A stretch of 63,023 nucleotides of DNA, counting the filler, from Chiloscyllium plagiosum (taxonomy: Eukaryota), in assembly GCF_004010195.1 (NCBI RefSeq). It is 4 parts of one record of this genome, joined end to end, with 100 filler letters (N's around TTAATTAATTAA, not from the genome) between each part and the next. Parts side by side here need not be neighbours in the genome. Positions count along the whole stretch, not along the records: positions 18,287 to 37,544 come from NC_057716.1; positions 37,645 to 55,238 come from NC_057716.1; 2 more parts are not named here. One strand, given 5' to 3'. A program made the position numbers and the translations under genes. The notes beneath the pieces were generated by a model, which saw nothing but the letters and a program-made list of their open reading frames with translations, ran no database searches and was not told where the DNA came from. Shown here piece by piece: positions 25,700-39,032 of the stretch. The stretch's first letter is position 1, and each line of letters begins with the position of its first letter.

Positions 25700-26700
25700 A
25701 CATTTTTCATCCAATCCTTTTCCACATCTCTGCTTAATGGTTGTGAGATGCCCGAGACAACTTTCCTCTCAGGAAGTGCATTCTGGAGTCCAACAACCGT
25801 TGAGTAAAAAATAATCCTCAAATCCTCTCTAAACCTCAAAGGGTTCACTTCAATCGTTTGCTTTCTTGTTCTTGGCCCATTGACTATAAGTCATATCTGC
25901 TGCCTATCCATCTATCCATGCCACTCGTAATCTTAACCTTCTGAATCACGTGAGTGCCATCCTTCTCTGCTCCAACGTAAACAAACCTAGACTTATCCAA
26001 CTTCTCTTCATTCCTGGTATGCTCCATCCAAGGGAAGATTCTGGTGAATCTTTCCTGCACCATTTTCAATGCAATCATATCCTTCACATTTCGGAAACTA
26101 TGGAGAAGAACCCTCTGAGCTTCCTCGTGTGCTGGCATTCATTTCCATCCCCCCCCACCCGTGTGTTTCCTCCTCTAAAGTGCATCATCACATATTTTCA
26201 GAGATACGTTCTATCTGCCATTGATCTGCCCATCTGACCATTCCATCCGTATCGTCCTGTAAAATCAGATCTTCCTCGTCAGTGTCAACTATCCGCCCAT
26301 CTTTGTATTGAACACAAACTCATTTATCACACTCCCCCACCCCCCTCCTCATTCACATCTGCGTCATTTATGAATACCGAGAATAATAAGTTTAAGAATC
26401 ACACAACACTAGGTTATAGACAAAAAGGTTTGTTCGGAGGCAAGAGCTTTCTCAGCGCTGCTTCATCATCAGTTGGTTGTGCGCTCCGAAGGCTATTGCC
26501 TTCCAAAAAACCTGTAGGACTATAACATGGCGTTGTGTGAGTTTTAACAATTTCCCCACCAATTCAACACAATCACCTCCGAATCACAAACAATAAAGGG
26601 CACAGCACAGATCCCTGTGATTCACCATTGGACACTGACATTCTATCACCATCCTCTGTCTCGACACACTAAGTTGATTTGGATGCAAATTGGCAAGTCA
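25700..26700 (-). mobile_element. CR1 3' part interrupted by a hairpin insertion
   Basis: KDMIALKMVQERFTRIFP in ORF 25884-26138. Confidence 0.75.
26392..26586. mobile_element. Second-family Penelope-type fold-back element
   Basis: Arms ~26392-26458 and ~26481-26547 are inverted; minus strand ~26445-26472 reads CUGAUGA-u-GAAGCAGCGCUGA-GAAAGCU. Confidence 0.75.
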
Positions 26701-27039
26701 ATATTTGGTCCTCGCTGTTCGCTTGTTATTCTGTTCCACTTGACATATCTGTGGAATATCTGGGAATTCACTTTAAACATGCCTGCCAGCAGGTTTCAAT
26801 GTTATTGTGTTGGTCAGTCCTCACCGTATGATGAACTTCCTCCTTATTGCATTCTTAAATGTTCTGTCACATATCCTGCCATTACTTGAATGTGAATTAA
26901 ACTTCCAGAGAGACATCAGTTCCGCTTCTACCTTGTCATATGCTTAATGAATTGTGAACCACTCTCATTATTTGAAACTCTCGAGAAAAGAGGCCGAGTT
27001 TCCTCATCAAACAATCTTGCCATTTGAGGGATTTGGAGA

Positions 27040-28500
27040 ATGCCGTTGCACTTCCTCTGTGGTCAGGATATTCTTCCTTCGATCGAGTCACCAAGACTAT
27101 ACATAATACTCCAGATCCAGTCTACAAGCAATCCATGCAACTGCTTCAACAGTCTTCACGTGTATATTCTGACTCCCTTTAAAGAAGGCCAAACTAACGT
27201 TAACTTTCATTTACATGTATTCCTCCAAATAGTCGTCACATTAATTTTAGTTATGAACTCCCTGCAGGGGTTGTCATAGAAAGCCTTCTGAAAATCCAAA
27301 AATGCCATTTCTGCTGGTTCTTAATCGTCTATGCTGCAAGAAAGAACTTTTAAAAAATCTGGAGCTTATCATGTATGATTTTGCTTTCGGAAATATAGAC
27401 TGATTCTCTTCAATGAGATTTTTAACTGCTAAATATCCAATATCACATGTTATTTCTTAGATTCCAACAGTTTCCTAAGGATTTGAATTTAAGTAGTCTG
27501 TAATTCTACACACGATCTGTTCTTTCCTTTGTCAATGCTTGTATTCCTTCCAGTCAATTGGTCGGCACGGTGGCACAGTGGTTAGCACTGCTATCTCACA
27601 GCGCCAGAGAGCTGGGCTCAATGCCCGCCTCGAACAACTGTGTGTGTGGAGTTTGTAAGTTCTCCCCGTGTCTGCGTGAGTATCCGCAACGTGTTGCGGT
27701 TTCCTTTCACGGTCCAAAGACGTGCAGGTTGGGTGAATTGCCCATAGTGTAAGGTGAACCGGTAAATGTAGAGGGATTGGTCTGGATGAGTTGCTCCTCC
27801 TTCGGAGGGTCGGTGTGGACTTGTTGGTTCGAAGGGTCTGTTTCCACACTGCAAGTAAGCTAATACAGTTACAACGCTTAAATGATATTTAATAGCTTCT
27901 ATTTGCCTACACTGCCCTCTGGCCTTTGCAGAATGTACAGGAAAATAAAACACATTCATCGACAGTGTAATTAATACTCCTTTTTCTGACATTTTTCTGA
28001 CGTTTTAATTTGAATTATAACCAGTTTGTCAGAATTAGCAATGCTCAATGCACCTACAATTTCAAGTGCTGCCTCGTTACTGATATAAATTACCGTTATG
28101 TCTTTAGTTCTACAAGACCTGTATGGTCACGTGGTATTTCTCAGAGATTTCCTTGTTCTTCCTCGATGAAGACAGATGCAAAGTAAATGGCTATTTTGTT
28201 AGCCATTTCCCTGTTCTCCACAACAAATTTTCCTCTCCCGATTACATATTTCCAAATTTGACTTTGCTTTAATTTTGTTTTTCTTACAATATTGATCCTA
28301 GAGTTATGAAGCATTCGTGTTCCTGTTTGTTAGCTTGCATGTCCTCTTTTTGGTTTCCTTATCAGTTTAATGGCTGTCCATTTCTGAATCTTAAACTTCT
28401 GTGAATTTTCAGATTTCTATAATATCTGGAATTCTTCTCAAGTCACATCTGATGATTAATGTAATGTTTTAGTTGTTTTGCTAACTATCATTAAATCACT
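27040..28500 (-). mobile_element. Decayed CR1 pieces hosting a SINE
   Basis: gtcatagaaagccttctgaaaatccaaa reads LDFQKAFYD on the minus strand; gaagacagatgcaaagtaa reads YFASVF. Confidence 0.65.
27561..27865 (+). mobile_element. HE1-type SINE, near full length
   Basis: ggcacggtggcacagtggttagcactgct head; tail ggttcgaagggtctgtttccacactg. Confidence 0.9.
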
Positions 28501-28599
28501 TTCCTTTCCTTTGGTGTTAGTCATGTTGCAGTTGTACAGGATGTTAGTGAGGCTGAACCTGCGGCTTTATAGTTAGTTTTGTTCACTTTGTTCTGGGAA

Positions 28600-29099
28600 N
28601 NNNNNNNNNNNNNNNNNNNNNNNNNNNNNNNNNNNNNNNNNNNNNNNNNNNNNNNNNNNNNNNNNNNNNNNNNNNNNNNNNNNNNNNNNNNNNNNNNNNN
28701 NNNNNNNNNNNNNNNNNNNNNNNNNNNNNNNNNNNNNNNNNNNNNNNNNNNNNNNNNNNNNNNNNNNNNNNNNNNNNNNNNNNNNNNNNNNNNNNNNNNN
28801 NNNNNNNNNNNNNNNNNNNNNNNNNNNNNNNNNNNNNNNNNNNNNNNNNNNNNNNNNNNNNNNNNNNNNNNNNNNNNNNNNNNNNNNNNNNNNNNNNNNN
28901 NNNNNNNNNNNNNNNNNNNNNNNNNNNNNNNNNNNNNNNNNNNNNNNNNNNNNNNNNNNNNNNNNNNNNNNNNNNNNNNNNNNNNNNNNNNNNNNNNNNN
29001 NNNNNNNNNNNNNNNNNNNNNNNNNNNNNNNNNNNNNNNNNNNNNNNNNNNNNNNNNNNNNNNNNNNNNNNNNNNNNNNNNNNNNNNNNNNNNNNNNNN
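28600..29099. other. 500-N scaffold gap
   Basis: Exactly 500 N. Confidence 0.98.
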
Positions 29100-32000
29100 G
29101 CTGAGTGAGTTTGGTTATGAGGAGAGAGTTAGTAGACACTGATTATATTCACGGAAATTCAAAAGAATGAGGGGGAATCTTATACAAAATATAAAATTAT
29201 GAATGGAAAATATTAGATAGATGCAGAGAGTATATTTCCTTTTGCAGGTAAAGCTATGACATGAATGCATAGACTCAAGATTCGAAGAGCAGATTTAGGA
29301 CTGTATTGAAAAGGGACTTCCTCGCCCACAGGATTGTTTATCATTGCCCAGTCAAGTAGTTGACATTACTTCAGTAAACGTTTTTAAAGCGATGATAGAT
29401 ACTTTTAAAACAAAAAACGAATGAAGGGGTTAGGTGAGAGTGCGGGTAAGTGGATCTGAGTCCACGAAATGATTAGCCATGATCTTATTAAATGGTAGAT
29501 CAGTCTCGAAGATAGAGATGGCCTGCGCTTAGTTCTTACGTATGGCGCTCCATGTTCAACAGCGTGATAGAGGGGCTTTGTCACAAAGCTTTGTAACTCG
29601 TTCAAGAACAATTGTTGGCGAAACTAAATAGGTGTGGTGCATCTGTGAAGTAAAGACAGAGTTAATCTTTCAGGCACAAAGATAAATTTTTAATACTACT
29701 AGTTTATCCTGCAATGTTTTGTTTTTCTTCAGAAGTCCAGTATGCTCAGTTCTTTGCTTTATTAAAATATTGCTCTGTTGATTTTTGGAGGAACCCAGCA
29801 GGTCTGACACCATCAGCGGAGACAGAGAAACAGAGAGTTATCGTTTGAAGTCTCGTGTAACTCTTGTTCAGAACTGGAAAGGATAGGAAAACGTGGTTTT
29901 TAATACCGTCACAGCAGCTGAGGAGGGAGTGATAGGAAACAGTGTTTGTGTATGTGCAGTACAAAAGTCAAACGGGTTTTTAATTGTGGTGACAGCGAGC
30001 AGATGTCAAATACATGTAATGGGAGATGAGAATGGAGGAACTGGATTCATTCCATTGTAGGCAATATAAACAAGACAAGGTCACAGGGAGACCGCGAAGG
30101 AGAATGAGTGAAAGTGCACAAAAGTCTTGATGATGTCAGCCTGTGAAGTTATGAAATTTAATATAAACTTCTACAGGGTGTAACGTACCAAAGCGTAAAG
30201 TGAGGAGTTACTCGTGGTTAGGTTGTGCTTCATTGGAACATTGCAGCACCTCAGGAACGAAAATTTAGCTTCAGTGCAAGGTGAGCTATTGAAATGAGAA
30301 ACAATACGAATGTCAGTGTTATTCCGACGGACAGAGTTGATGCGTTCCTCAATGCATTTTATGTTTGCTTTCCCCAATTTCTGCATTGTGACCAGCAATG
30401 ACAGGAGACTGGAATGAACGAATGCAAGCAAAACAATGCTTCATCTGGAAGATGTATGTTGGGTTGCTCAGAAATGTGGAACGAGTCAGCGATCTTTTCA
30501 AATATCTGGCGTTGTTTCGTCTTCGAAACGGATTACATCGGGGCCTCCCCATCAACAACTTCAGTCGTGCTTTTTTAACAGTTTTAAAATCTATTTAGTC
30601 ACAGTCATTTCCCCGCATCCGAACAACAGTTTCGAGGTAAATGTTTATTTGTCACATATGCACATGCTTGCTCCAAACTGCTTTGCTTAATTTCAACTGC
30701 AATTTACAATATACTCAGTAACTTCCTTGTTTTCATACTCTATGCTTCTGTTCAGAAACACAAGAATCCACGAAGCCTTCACCACAGCAATTTCAATTTG
30801 CCTGGTCAACTGTAATTTTCTGTCTTCTGCATCCCTCGCTCCTTAACCGGGGCGTGGGGGTGGTACTGGTTACGTTTGCCATTCTTCTGAGGCCGCCGCT
30901 GACTACAGTGGTTTCTGAAATACCACTAACAATACCTCAACAACCTCCTCAGCTATATGCTCCGAACTAGGGGGTGAAAACCATCTGGTCTGGGTCAATT
31001 ATTCACATTCAGACATCTCGGCTTCACCAGCACCTTCTCCGAAGTAGTGGTCTCTTCACTCTTCTCTGTGCCCTGTCCATCTTAAAGTTCTAGCAGGCTG
31101 CTGATATCTTCCACTGTGAAGCCTGATGCAAACTATCAATTCAAACCCTCTTGCCATTTCTTTCTATCCCACGAACTACTCCAGGCACATTTTCTAGCAA
31201 TATAATTTTTGATCTTGTTTCCCTGTTTACATCTAAAAAAATCTCTTGGAATATTCTGTTATGGTATTAACAAACTGACCGTTCTATTGCCTCTTCTGAT
31301 TCCTATTGCATTCATTAGCTATCCTCCACCGTCATACCAATTGTATGAGTTGCGTGAAGTAGAAGATAAATTGTTGTGCCTTTGTAACCAGTGAGTTCCC
31401 ATGAAGAGTCCTTTCAGGCGCTGGTGCCTACACCGCCCGGGAATCTTCAGAATCTTACCCAGGTGCGGGATCCCGGACGAACCTCTAAGTTTACTGTCCT
31501 GGAAAATAAACCGACTCGAATCAAATGCTAGCGAGAGCAAAGAAAAGATTTTCTTTCGGACTCTGCAGGGTCGATTCAATGCATTTGGCAAAATGCCTCA
31601 TGTAAGCGTTGCCTGAATAACTATCACATACTCTCTTTATACTATACTTAACTTTTCCTTATCATATTTCAAGGCCAAGAGCTTGGAACTTTCGAGCTCC
31701 TTTCCACATATGGAGTTGTTTTTCTCATTCCTTGACTGTTGACATGATAGTTTACTGTCTTTGTAATTCCTTACTATCGGTTTAACCTTTACATTTTTTC
31801 TGTCTGTCTGTAATGCTTCGTAAAATATTCTTTTCCGTATTTCACAATCGATGTTAATTTTGCATTACACCTGGCAACATCGTTCGAAATTGCTTCTGCA
31901 CTATTTCCAGTTTAATAACATCTGACCTATATAGCACCGTGACCAATACTGAACCCGATTCTTCAAGTACAGCATCGCCAGAGTCTTATATAATTGCAAA

Positions 32001-33959
32001 ATAACCTCCCAACTTCTGTGCACCGTTCCCTGACTGATGAATGCCAGTGCGCCAAAATCATTCTTCACTGCCATGCCTACTGGTGAGTCCACTTTCAGAT
32101 AAACATGTATTTGATCGCCAACATACTTCTGCTCCACTCCTTGAGGCCCTACTATTTACCATGAAACTCCCACCTCGATTTTACTTCCCAAAATTCAAGA
32201 TCTTACATTTACCTATATTGAACATCATTTGCTATTTCTCGGCCTACTTCCCCAACTCATCAAGGCTCTGCAGCAGTTTTTGGTAATTTTCCTCACTGTT
32301 ACAATATCACCGATATTAGTGCCATCCGATAACTTACTAATCATGCCTTGTAACATTCACATCCAAATCATGGATATAGATCACAAGCAGCAATGGGACC
32401 AGCACCGATCCCTGAAACAATCCACTGGTAATAGGCCACCAGTCCGACAAGGAATCTTGCATTAGTACCCTCTGTTTGTTACCATGTCGACAATTGGGTG
32501 CCCAATTTGCCAGCTCCACCTCAATTCAATGTGAGCTATGCTGCAGTGCTGTCTACCATGTGGATCCTTGACAAAGGCCTGACTGAAATCCATATAGACC
32601 AATCCTACCGCCCTGCCCTGGTAAATATTCTTTTCCACTTTATCAAAAACTCTAATAAATCTGTATGGCATTGTCTTCCACTCACAAACCATGCTGACGA
32701 CTCCTTAACAAACCTTGCATAAGTAATGACAGCAGTAAATGGTATGATGTCCTTCAATGTAAGATGTTTCAAGTACCTAAGTGAATTCATGTTTTTGCAA
32801 TTGTAAAGTCGTGATGAAATAGTATTTGAGGCACTGTGCACTGATTTGATCTCCTTGAGAAGGAACGATGTCCTCACTGCAGAAACGGATGATGGTACTA
32901 TGAGGAGAGCGTGGAGAAACTGATTGTGTAATCTGTTATGCTGTGAGAGAAGATGATACGCTTGCATTGAAACCTGAGGGTGAGACATGATCACTTATTT
33001 CCGAAAGAGGTATTGATAGGGTGAGAAATTCGATACTTGACTGAATGATGTCATTTATTGTCACGTGTACCAATATATAGTGAGAAGGTTTTTTGTGATA
33101 GGTACAGGCGTACCATAGTAAGCAATGACATACAGATCATACAGAGAAAATAAACTTAGACAGAGGAAGGCAGATAGATGACATTGCACAAGATGTGCAC
33201 AAGACGAGATTAACATGAGCAAGATGGCCATTATTTGAAGTTAGATAGTCCATCCATCTGTCTTATAGGGCATTCCTAATAATTACATGCCTCAATGAAC
33301 TCTCCCGATATGAATGTGCAATTGGTGCGTGATACAGCAATGAACTTCATGTTGCTCACTGTCCCTGACTGCAGGCACTATACCTTCCTTCTGAAACAGC
33401 TAGTCATTCCCACCAGCTTCTGACCTCCATACGGAACACCAGACTGATTTACCGAAAGTAGAAGATGCCTTCTTGAAACTTCATAGGAAACATTTGGCTT
33501 CCCTCCTCACTGCCAGAAAATCACGTGAAAGTCTCATGTACGTACTACGAGAAATGGAGGCATGAGGAAGAATGTAGAACAGTCTGCGCAGCCTCTGCTC
33601 CAATCCTTTGTCATGTTGGGACATCAATTCCCTCATTCTTTCCTTGTCCTCCTGCTCCTGTGCCTGTGATTCAATTTACTGAATGGCTTGTTCCTTGTCC
33701 GTTTGCAAAAGGTGAATGTCCTCATTGAGTTAACACTGTTTCCTGTTTATCTGCTCGATGTGCTGGCGAGTGTGATGATGCTATAAGTTGTTATTTTTTC
33801 CTGGTTACTTTTAAGAGAGAGAGATTGAACGAGAGGTGTCAAGCTGGCTGGCTAACACTACTTGAGTAAACACCTTGTGAAGCCTTGGGTTTATTTTAAC
33901 CCAAATTGAATGGATTTGGTCAGAGATCATAGATTAGTATTTCTGGGTTTTGGTTTGTC
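29100..33959 (-). repeat. Right arm of the ~4.85-kb inverted duplication
   Basis: Reverse complement of 18287-23123, with scattered substitutions and three ~30-bp indels. Confidence 0.97.
29783..30533 (-). mobile_element. Mirror copy of the Penelope GIY-YIG/terminal fragment
   Basis: ORFs 30171-30431 and 30349-30558 match 21792-22052 and 21665-21874. Confidence 0.75.
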
Positions 33960-34067
33960 AGTAACATCAGAGGTTATTGGAGTCTTAACAGAGTTGGCGG
34001 TTTAAGTGAATATCCCCTGGCTGCTACGCTATCTGAATTTTCTGTGGATGCTGTTTCGTTTTCCTTT
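33772..34067 (+). mobile_element. Probable LTR 5' portion, truncated by CR1
   Basis: Starts TGTGATGA; cctggctgctacgctatctgaattt...gatgctg resembles 12220-12275. Confidence 0.35.
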
Positions 34068-34810
34068 TCATAGAGTCATAGACATGTACAGCATAGAAAC
34101 AGACCCTTCGGTCCAACCCGTCCCTGTCAACCAGGTATCCCAAACAAATCTAGTCCCACCTGCCAGCACCGGCACATATCGCTCCAAGCACTTCCTATTC
34201 ATATACCCATCCAAATGCCTCTTAAATGTTGCTATTGTATCAGCCTCCACCACATCCTCTGGCAGTTCATTTCATACACGTACAATCCTCTGCGTGAAAA
34301 AAGTTACCCCATTAGGCCTCTTTTATATCTTTCCCCTCTCACCCTGAACCATTTAGTTCTGGACTCCCCCACCCCAGGGAAACAACTTTGTCTATTTATC
34401 CTATCCATGCCCCTCTTAATTTTGTAAACCTCTATAAGGTCACCCTTCAGCTTCCGGCGCTCCAGGGAAAACAGCCCCAGCCTGTTCAGCCTCTCCCGGT
34501 AGCTCAGATCCTCCAACCCTGGCAACATCCTTGTAAATCTTTTCTGAACCCTTGCAAGTTTCACAACATCTTTCCGATAGGAAGTAAACCAGAATTGCAC
34601 GCAATATTCCAACAGTGGCCTAACCAATGTCCTGTACAGCCGCAACATGACAATCCAACTCCTGTACTCAATATTCTGACCAGTAAAGGAAAGCATACCA
34701 AACGCCTTCTTCACTATCCTATCTACATGCGATTCCACTTTCAAGGAGCTATGAACCTGCACTCCAAGGTCTCTTTGTTCAGCAACACTCCCAAGGACCT
34801 TCCCATTATT
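34068..34810 (-). mobile_element. CR1 LINE 3' end, young
   Basis: ORF 34304-35002 has QRDLGVQVH...LVRPLLEYCVQFW...GDLIEVYKI; tail repeat tcatagagtcataga. Confidence 0.95.
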
Positions 34811-34811
34811 C

Positions 34812-36763
34812 AGTGCGTTCTCAGGCTCCAAAATCAATTTCACAAAATCGGAGTCCATGACGATGGGTGGCTTCGCTGATTTGTCCAATTTGTCGGAAGG
34901 GTCTAGCTTTCGCTTTCGATGGTTTCTGGAGCCTTTTTTATATTTAGGGATTTTTTTATCACGCCAGATTTTGGTCAGCTGTACAAAGCCAATTTTGTGC
35001 ACCTATTAAAGAGCACAAGGCAGGATCTTTAACGTTGGGGGGACCTCCCAATATCCTGGTTAGGCAGAGTAGCTCTAATTAAAATGAATATTTTGCCTCG
35101 TCTCTTATAATCTATGAGGATGCTCCTTTTGATGTTGCGGAGGCCGGAATTGTGTAAACTACACAGTTGGCTTGGTACAAAATTAAATAAGCTGCAACTC
35201 CCACAGCCAAAGTGAGGACTGGATTTTCCAGCCTTTTAGGGAGTACCAGCTGAGTTCTCTATTACGCTGCGTAGCCGACAAGGTCTCTTGTGACCCGCAA
35301 TCAATCTGTCTGAACATTGAGGCTTGTCAAGCAAAGTGCCCCCTCATTAATCTCTTATTTGTAGATAAGATGAAAGTTATTTTGGACCATAGTTAAACCC
35401 TATTGTGTTAAGTACAATTAAAGCTTGGACGACAATGCGGCAAGATGAGGGTAATTCACAAAAAAACCTCTCCTTATACTCCTATAGTGGGAGCATGGGA
35501 TTTTCAACCGGCGCACAAAGATGCTACATTTAAAGCTGGAGGTCCAGGGGTATTTCTTGCTTAGTGGATCTGTTCGATGCGGAGGTTATGGTTTTTTTTT
35601 TGAACAGCTGCACCAGAAATTTGTACAGCTAAATAGAGAACTTCTTCGATAATTCCAATTTCGAGATTATATGCCGAAGAAGACCCCATTATTGCATCGC
35701 TCTTATAAATCGGATACGAAAAGAAGAGTGTTATGGCCAATGGGTCCACCCTCTATCAGCACTCTTTATCAATAATTACAGATGAAGTATCGAAAGACAT
35801 GGAACAATTGTTTAAAACATGGAAACAGGAATAGGGGTTGGAAATCCCTTTAGAAATGTGGAACAATATCTGGGAAAAGTGCAGTAAGATCCCCATTTGT
35901 AATAAAACACAAGCCATCCAACTAAAAATACTTCACAGGACTCAAATAACACCGGAACGATTGGCAAAATGTAGGGCAGGAACATATCCAATGTGTTCTA
36001 AATGTAAAATAGAAGTGGGGACTCTCACACACTGCTTATGGACATGTCATAAGATCCATAAATACTGGACCAGAGTAGCAAATGCGCTGACAGAAATCTT
36101 GGGAGCGGAAATTGGAGTAGATCCAGTATCTCTTCTCTTGGGCTTTCCGAACCTGCCTTCGCTGGATGTACACGGGTGGAAATTATTTTCCATTCTCTCC
36201 TTTTGTGCAAGGAAAATTATCTTACTAAATTGGTTCACGGATGGCCCTCCAGGACTTTGGAATTGGCACACGGTAATCGTGGAATGCATTTTCCTTGACT
36301 TCCTTACAAACACGGTGTAACAAAAACCGGAATTATTCTATAAAATCTGGCAGCCCGTCCTGAATTTTTTAGATACAGATATTTCGGCCATATTGTCAAG
36401 TGTTTTTATCGAGTTGTGGTAGTGGTTCTGGCTTGTCCGGGGACCCCCGGGGGATGGAATGCATTACGAAAATGGGTTTAATTATGACTTGATGTTAACT
36501 AATTCTGAGCATGTACTTCATTATTTAATTACGTTTTTTGAGTAATGTAAGATATTGTATTATATGCTTTGGGTATTTGTAGGTTAGATCAGTTCTTAGT
36601 TAAGTGTTTTTATTTCTTTCGTTTTTGTGTTTGTGGTCATTTGGTTATTATTTATTTAATATTTACTGGTAAATTAGTGTTTATATTTGTTTGCGTTATT
36701 TTGTAAGTTTCTAAAAATTGTTAAAATATTTCCTTTTTATTCAATAAATATATCTATTAAAAA
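34812..36763 (+). mobile_element. L1/Tx1-clade LINE, 3' part of ORF2 plus 3' UTR
   Basis: FSGSKINFTKSE, FLYLGIF, SWLGRVALIKMNILPRLL; C-terminal knuckle CSKCKIEVGTLTHCLWTC; T-rich UTR, AATAAA at 36743 and a short A tail; stops and frameshifts present. Confidence 0.88.
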
Positions 36764-36829
36764 TCCTCTTTCTTTGATTGTAATTAAATGACAATGTTTA
36801 AATAAACTGTGGTTTGCTTCACATCGAGT

Positions 36830-37544
36830 AGTAGTAAGTTTGCAGATGACACCAAAATTGGAGGTGTAGTGGACACCGAAAAGTGTTACCTCAGATTACA
36901 ACAGGATCTGGACCAGCTGGGCCAATGGGCTGAGCAGTGTCAGATGGAGTTTATTTCAGAAAAATGCGAAGTGCTGCATTTTGGGAAAGCAAATCTCAGC
37001 AGGACTTATACACTTAGTGGTAAGGTCCTAAAGAGTGTTGCTGAACAAAGAGACCTTGGAGTGCAGGTTCATAGCTCCTTGAAAGTGAAGACGCAGGATG
37101 ATAGGATCGTGAAGAAGGCGTTTTGTATGCTTTCCTTTGCTGGTCAGAGTATTGAGTACAGGAGTTGGGAGGTGATGTTGCTGCTGTACAGGACATTGGT
37201 TAGGCCACTGTTAGAATATTGCATGCAATTCTCGCCTCCTTCCTATCGGAAAGATGTTGTGAAACTTGAAAGGATTCAGAAAAGATTTACAGGGATGTTG
37301 CCAGGGTTGGAGGATTTGAGCTATCGGGAGAGGCTGAAGGCTGGGGCTGTTTTCCCTGGAGCGCCGGAAGCTGAAGGGTGACCTTATAGAGGTTTACAAA
37401 ATTAAGAGGGGCATGGATAGGATAAATAGACAACGTCTTTTCCCTGGGGTGGGGGAGTCCAGAACTAGAGGGTTTAGGGTGAGAGGGGAAAGATATAAAA
37501 GAGGCCTAATGGGGTAACTTTTTTCACGCAGAGGATGGTACGTG
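36830..37544 (+). mobile_element. CR1 LINE 3' part, young, running into a gap
   Basis: ORF 36809-37381 [11 protein letters not shown]...LVRPLLEYCMQF. Confidence 0.95.
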
Positions 37545-37644
37545 NNNNNNNNNNNNNNNNNNNNNNNNNNNNNNNNNNNNNNNNNNNNTTAATTAATTAA
37601 NNNNNNNNNNNNNNNNNNNNNNNNNNNNNNNNNNNNNNNNNNNN
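37545..37644. other. Assembly gap with TTAATTAATTAA spacer
   Basis: 44 N + 12 bp + 44 N. Confidence 0.97.
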
Positions 37645-37944
37645 ACCCCTATGTTCGTCACTCTACTCTGTGCGATTTTTACTTTAAGTTTAACTGCGAT
37701 CATCTCTCATTCTCTGAATGTCTGGAGGGCACAGGCCTAACTTCCTAAGCAGACAATCTTGCCATCTGAGGGATTAATCTTGAGAACTTCCATTCAGTAT
37801 ATGGGATCAGTGCGTTATACTTAAATCAGGACAGCAAAACTATACACAATGTTCCAGGTACACTATCACCAACACTTTGCATATCTGGTACAGAACGCCT
37901 TTACTGATACTAGGAGCAAATTACTGAATAATCTGGAATCTGTA

Positions 37945-38040
37945 CTTAAAGCAACACATGCTTGAGATCACAGTGGTCAGACAGCATCGGTGGAGAGAGA
38001 GAAAGCTAACGCTTTGAGTCTCGTTAACTCTTCATCGTCT
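37945..38040 (-). mobile_element. Penelope terminus with a decayed hammerhead, inside old CR1 sequence (~37645-38950)
   Basis: Minus strand reads GAUGA-A-GAGU-uaacgag-ACUC-aAAGCGUUA, then ctctctccaccgatgctgtctgacc as at 22390-22425. Confidence 0.6.
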
Positions 38041-38978
38041 TTATTTTGATTCCCCTTAAACAAAGGGAAACCTAACTTTTACTTCCACTCAATTTCATAT
38101 ATTCCTCACAATGCCATTTGTTTTCCTTTTTTTCTGATAACGCACTGCATGAATTCATTAAAAGAACCATCCTGACTATCCAACTATTCCATAGACACGC
38201 ATTCTCCATTAATTATATCTGCAAGGGATATCTTAATGCAAAAGGTTTGCAGATTTGAATTCCCTTTCACAAAACTAGAATCGTTCTCGAGATGTTTGCT
38301 ATAACTTGCTTAATCCCCAATATCGCACAGTTTCGACACTGTGGATGATACATTAACTAGTTTGTAGTTCTTCACTCTCCCTTTTCTTCCCTTCTTAAAT
38401 GCGTGGAATGAATTTAAAACCTTCTAAATTTAATAAGTACAGTATTCCCTCATGCAATCTACATGCCCACTGCCGCTTTTTGTGAAATTTTGATACGAAG
38501 TACACCTGGTCTGTCAGGATCATCAATGGTCAATCCAGTTATGTTTTCAAACACTGCCTCCTCACTGAGATGAATGATTGTCGTCTTTAGTTACACAAGT
38601 CTTACAGTCACTTGGTATTCCTGGGATATTATCTGGATTTTTTCCCATGAAGACAGGCATCAATAAACTGTTTAATTTCCCTTTCATTTTTCTGTTCTCA
38701 ACAATAGATTATCCTGTCTACACATTCACTGTTCCACATTTGACCTACAATTTGTTTTCAGTCCAAATATTGATAGAGGTTTTTCGTTATTCATTGTGTT
38801 TCTTGTCAATTTGCATTCTTTTTCTCTTTTTCATTTCTTCATCATGCGTCGCAAATTTTAATGAATCCACAATATCTGGCATTTTACTGAGGCATTTCCT
38901 TTGATCAAATGCACTTTTTGCTTCATTTTTGTAACCACCCTTGGATCACCTTTTGCTTTTGCTATTTAAACCTTGGAG

Positions 38979-38980
<2 letters not shown>

Positions 38981-39028
<48 letters not shown>
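38981..39028. repeat. (AT)24 microsatellite
   Basis: Perfect AT run. Confidence 0.98.

Positions 39029-39032
<4 letters not shown>

Noticed and set aside
27561..27640. tRNA gene (also at 3974 and 25408)
   Set aside because: The A/B-box-like head continues into SINE sequence or is truncated, and no complete cloverleaf is evident
28573..29142. 187-188 aa ORFs
   Set aside because: They consist almost entirely of gap Ns
34304..35002. 232-aa ORF as a chimeric gene
   Set aside because: Antisense L1 sequence happens to run in frame into a CR1 fragment that ends in a frameshift
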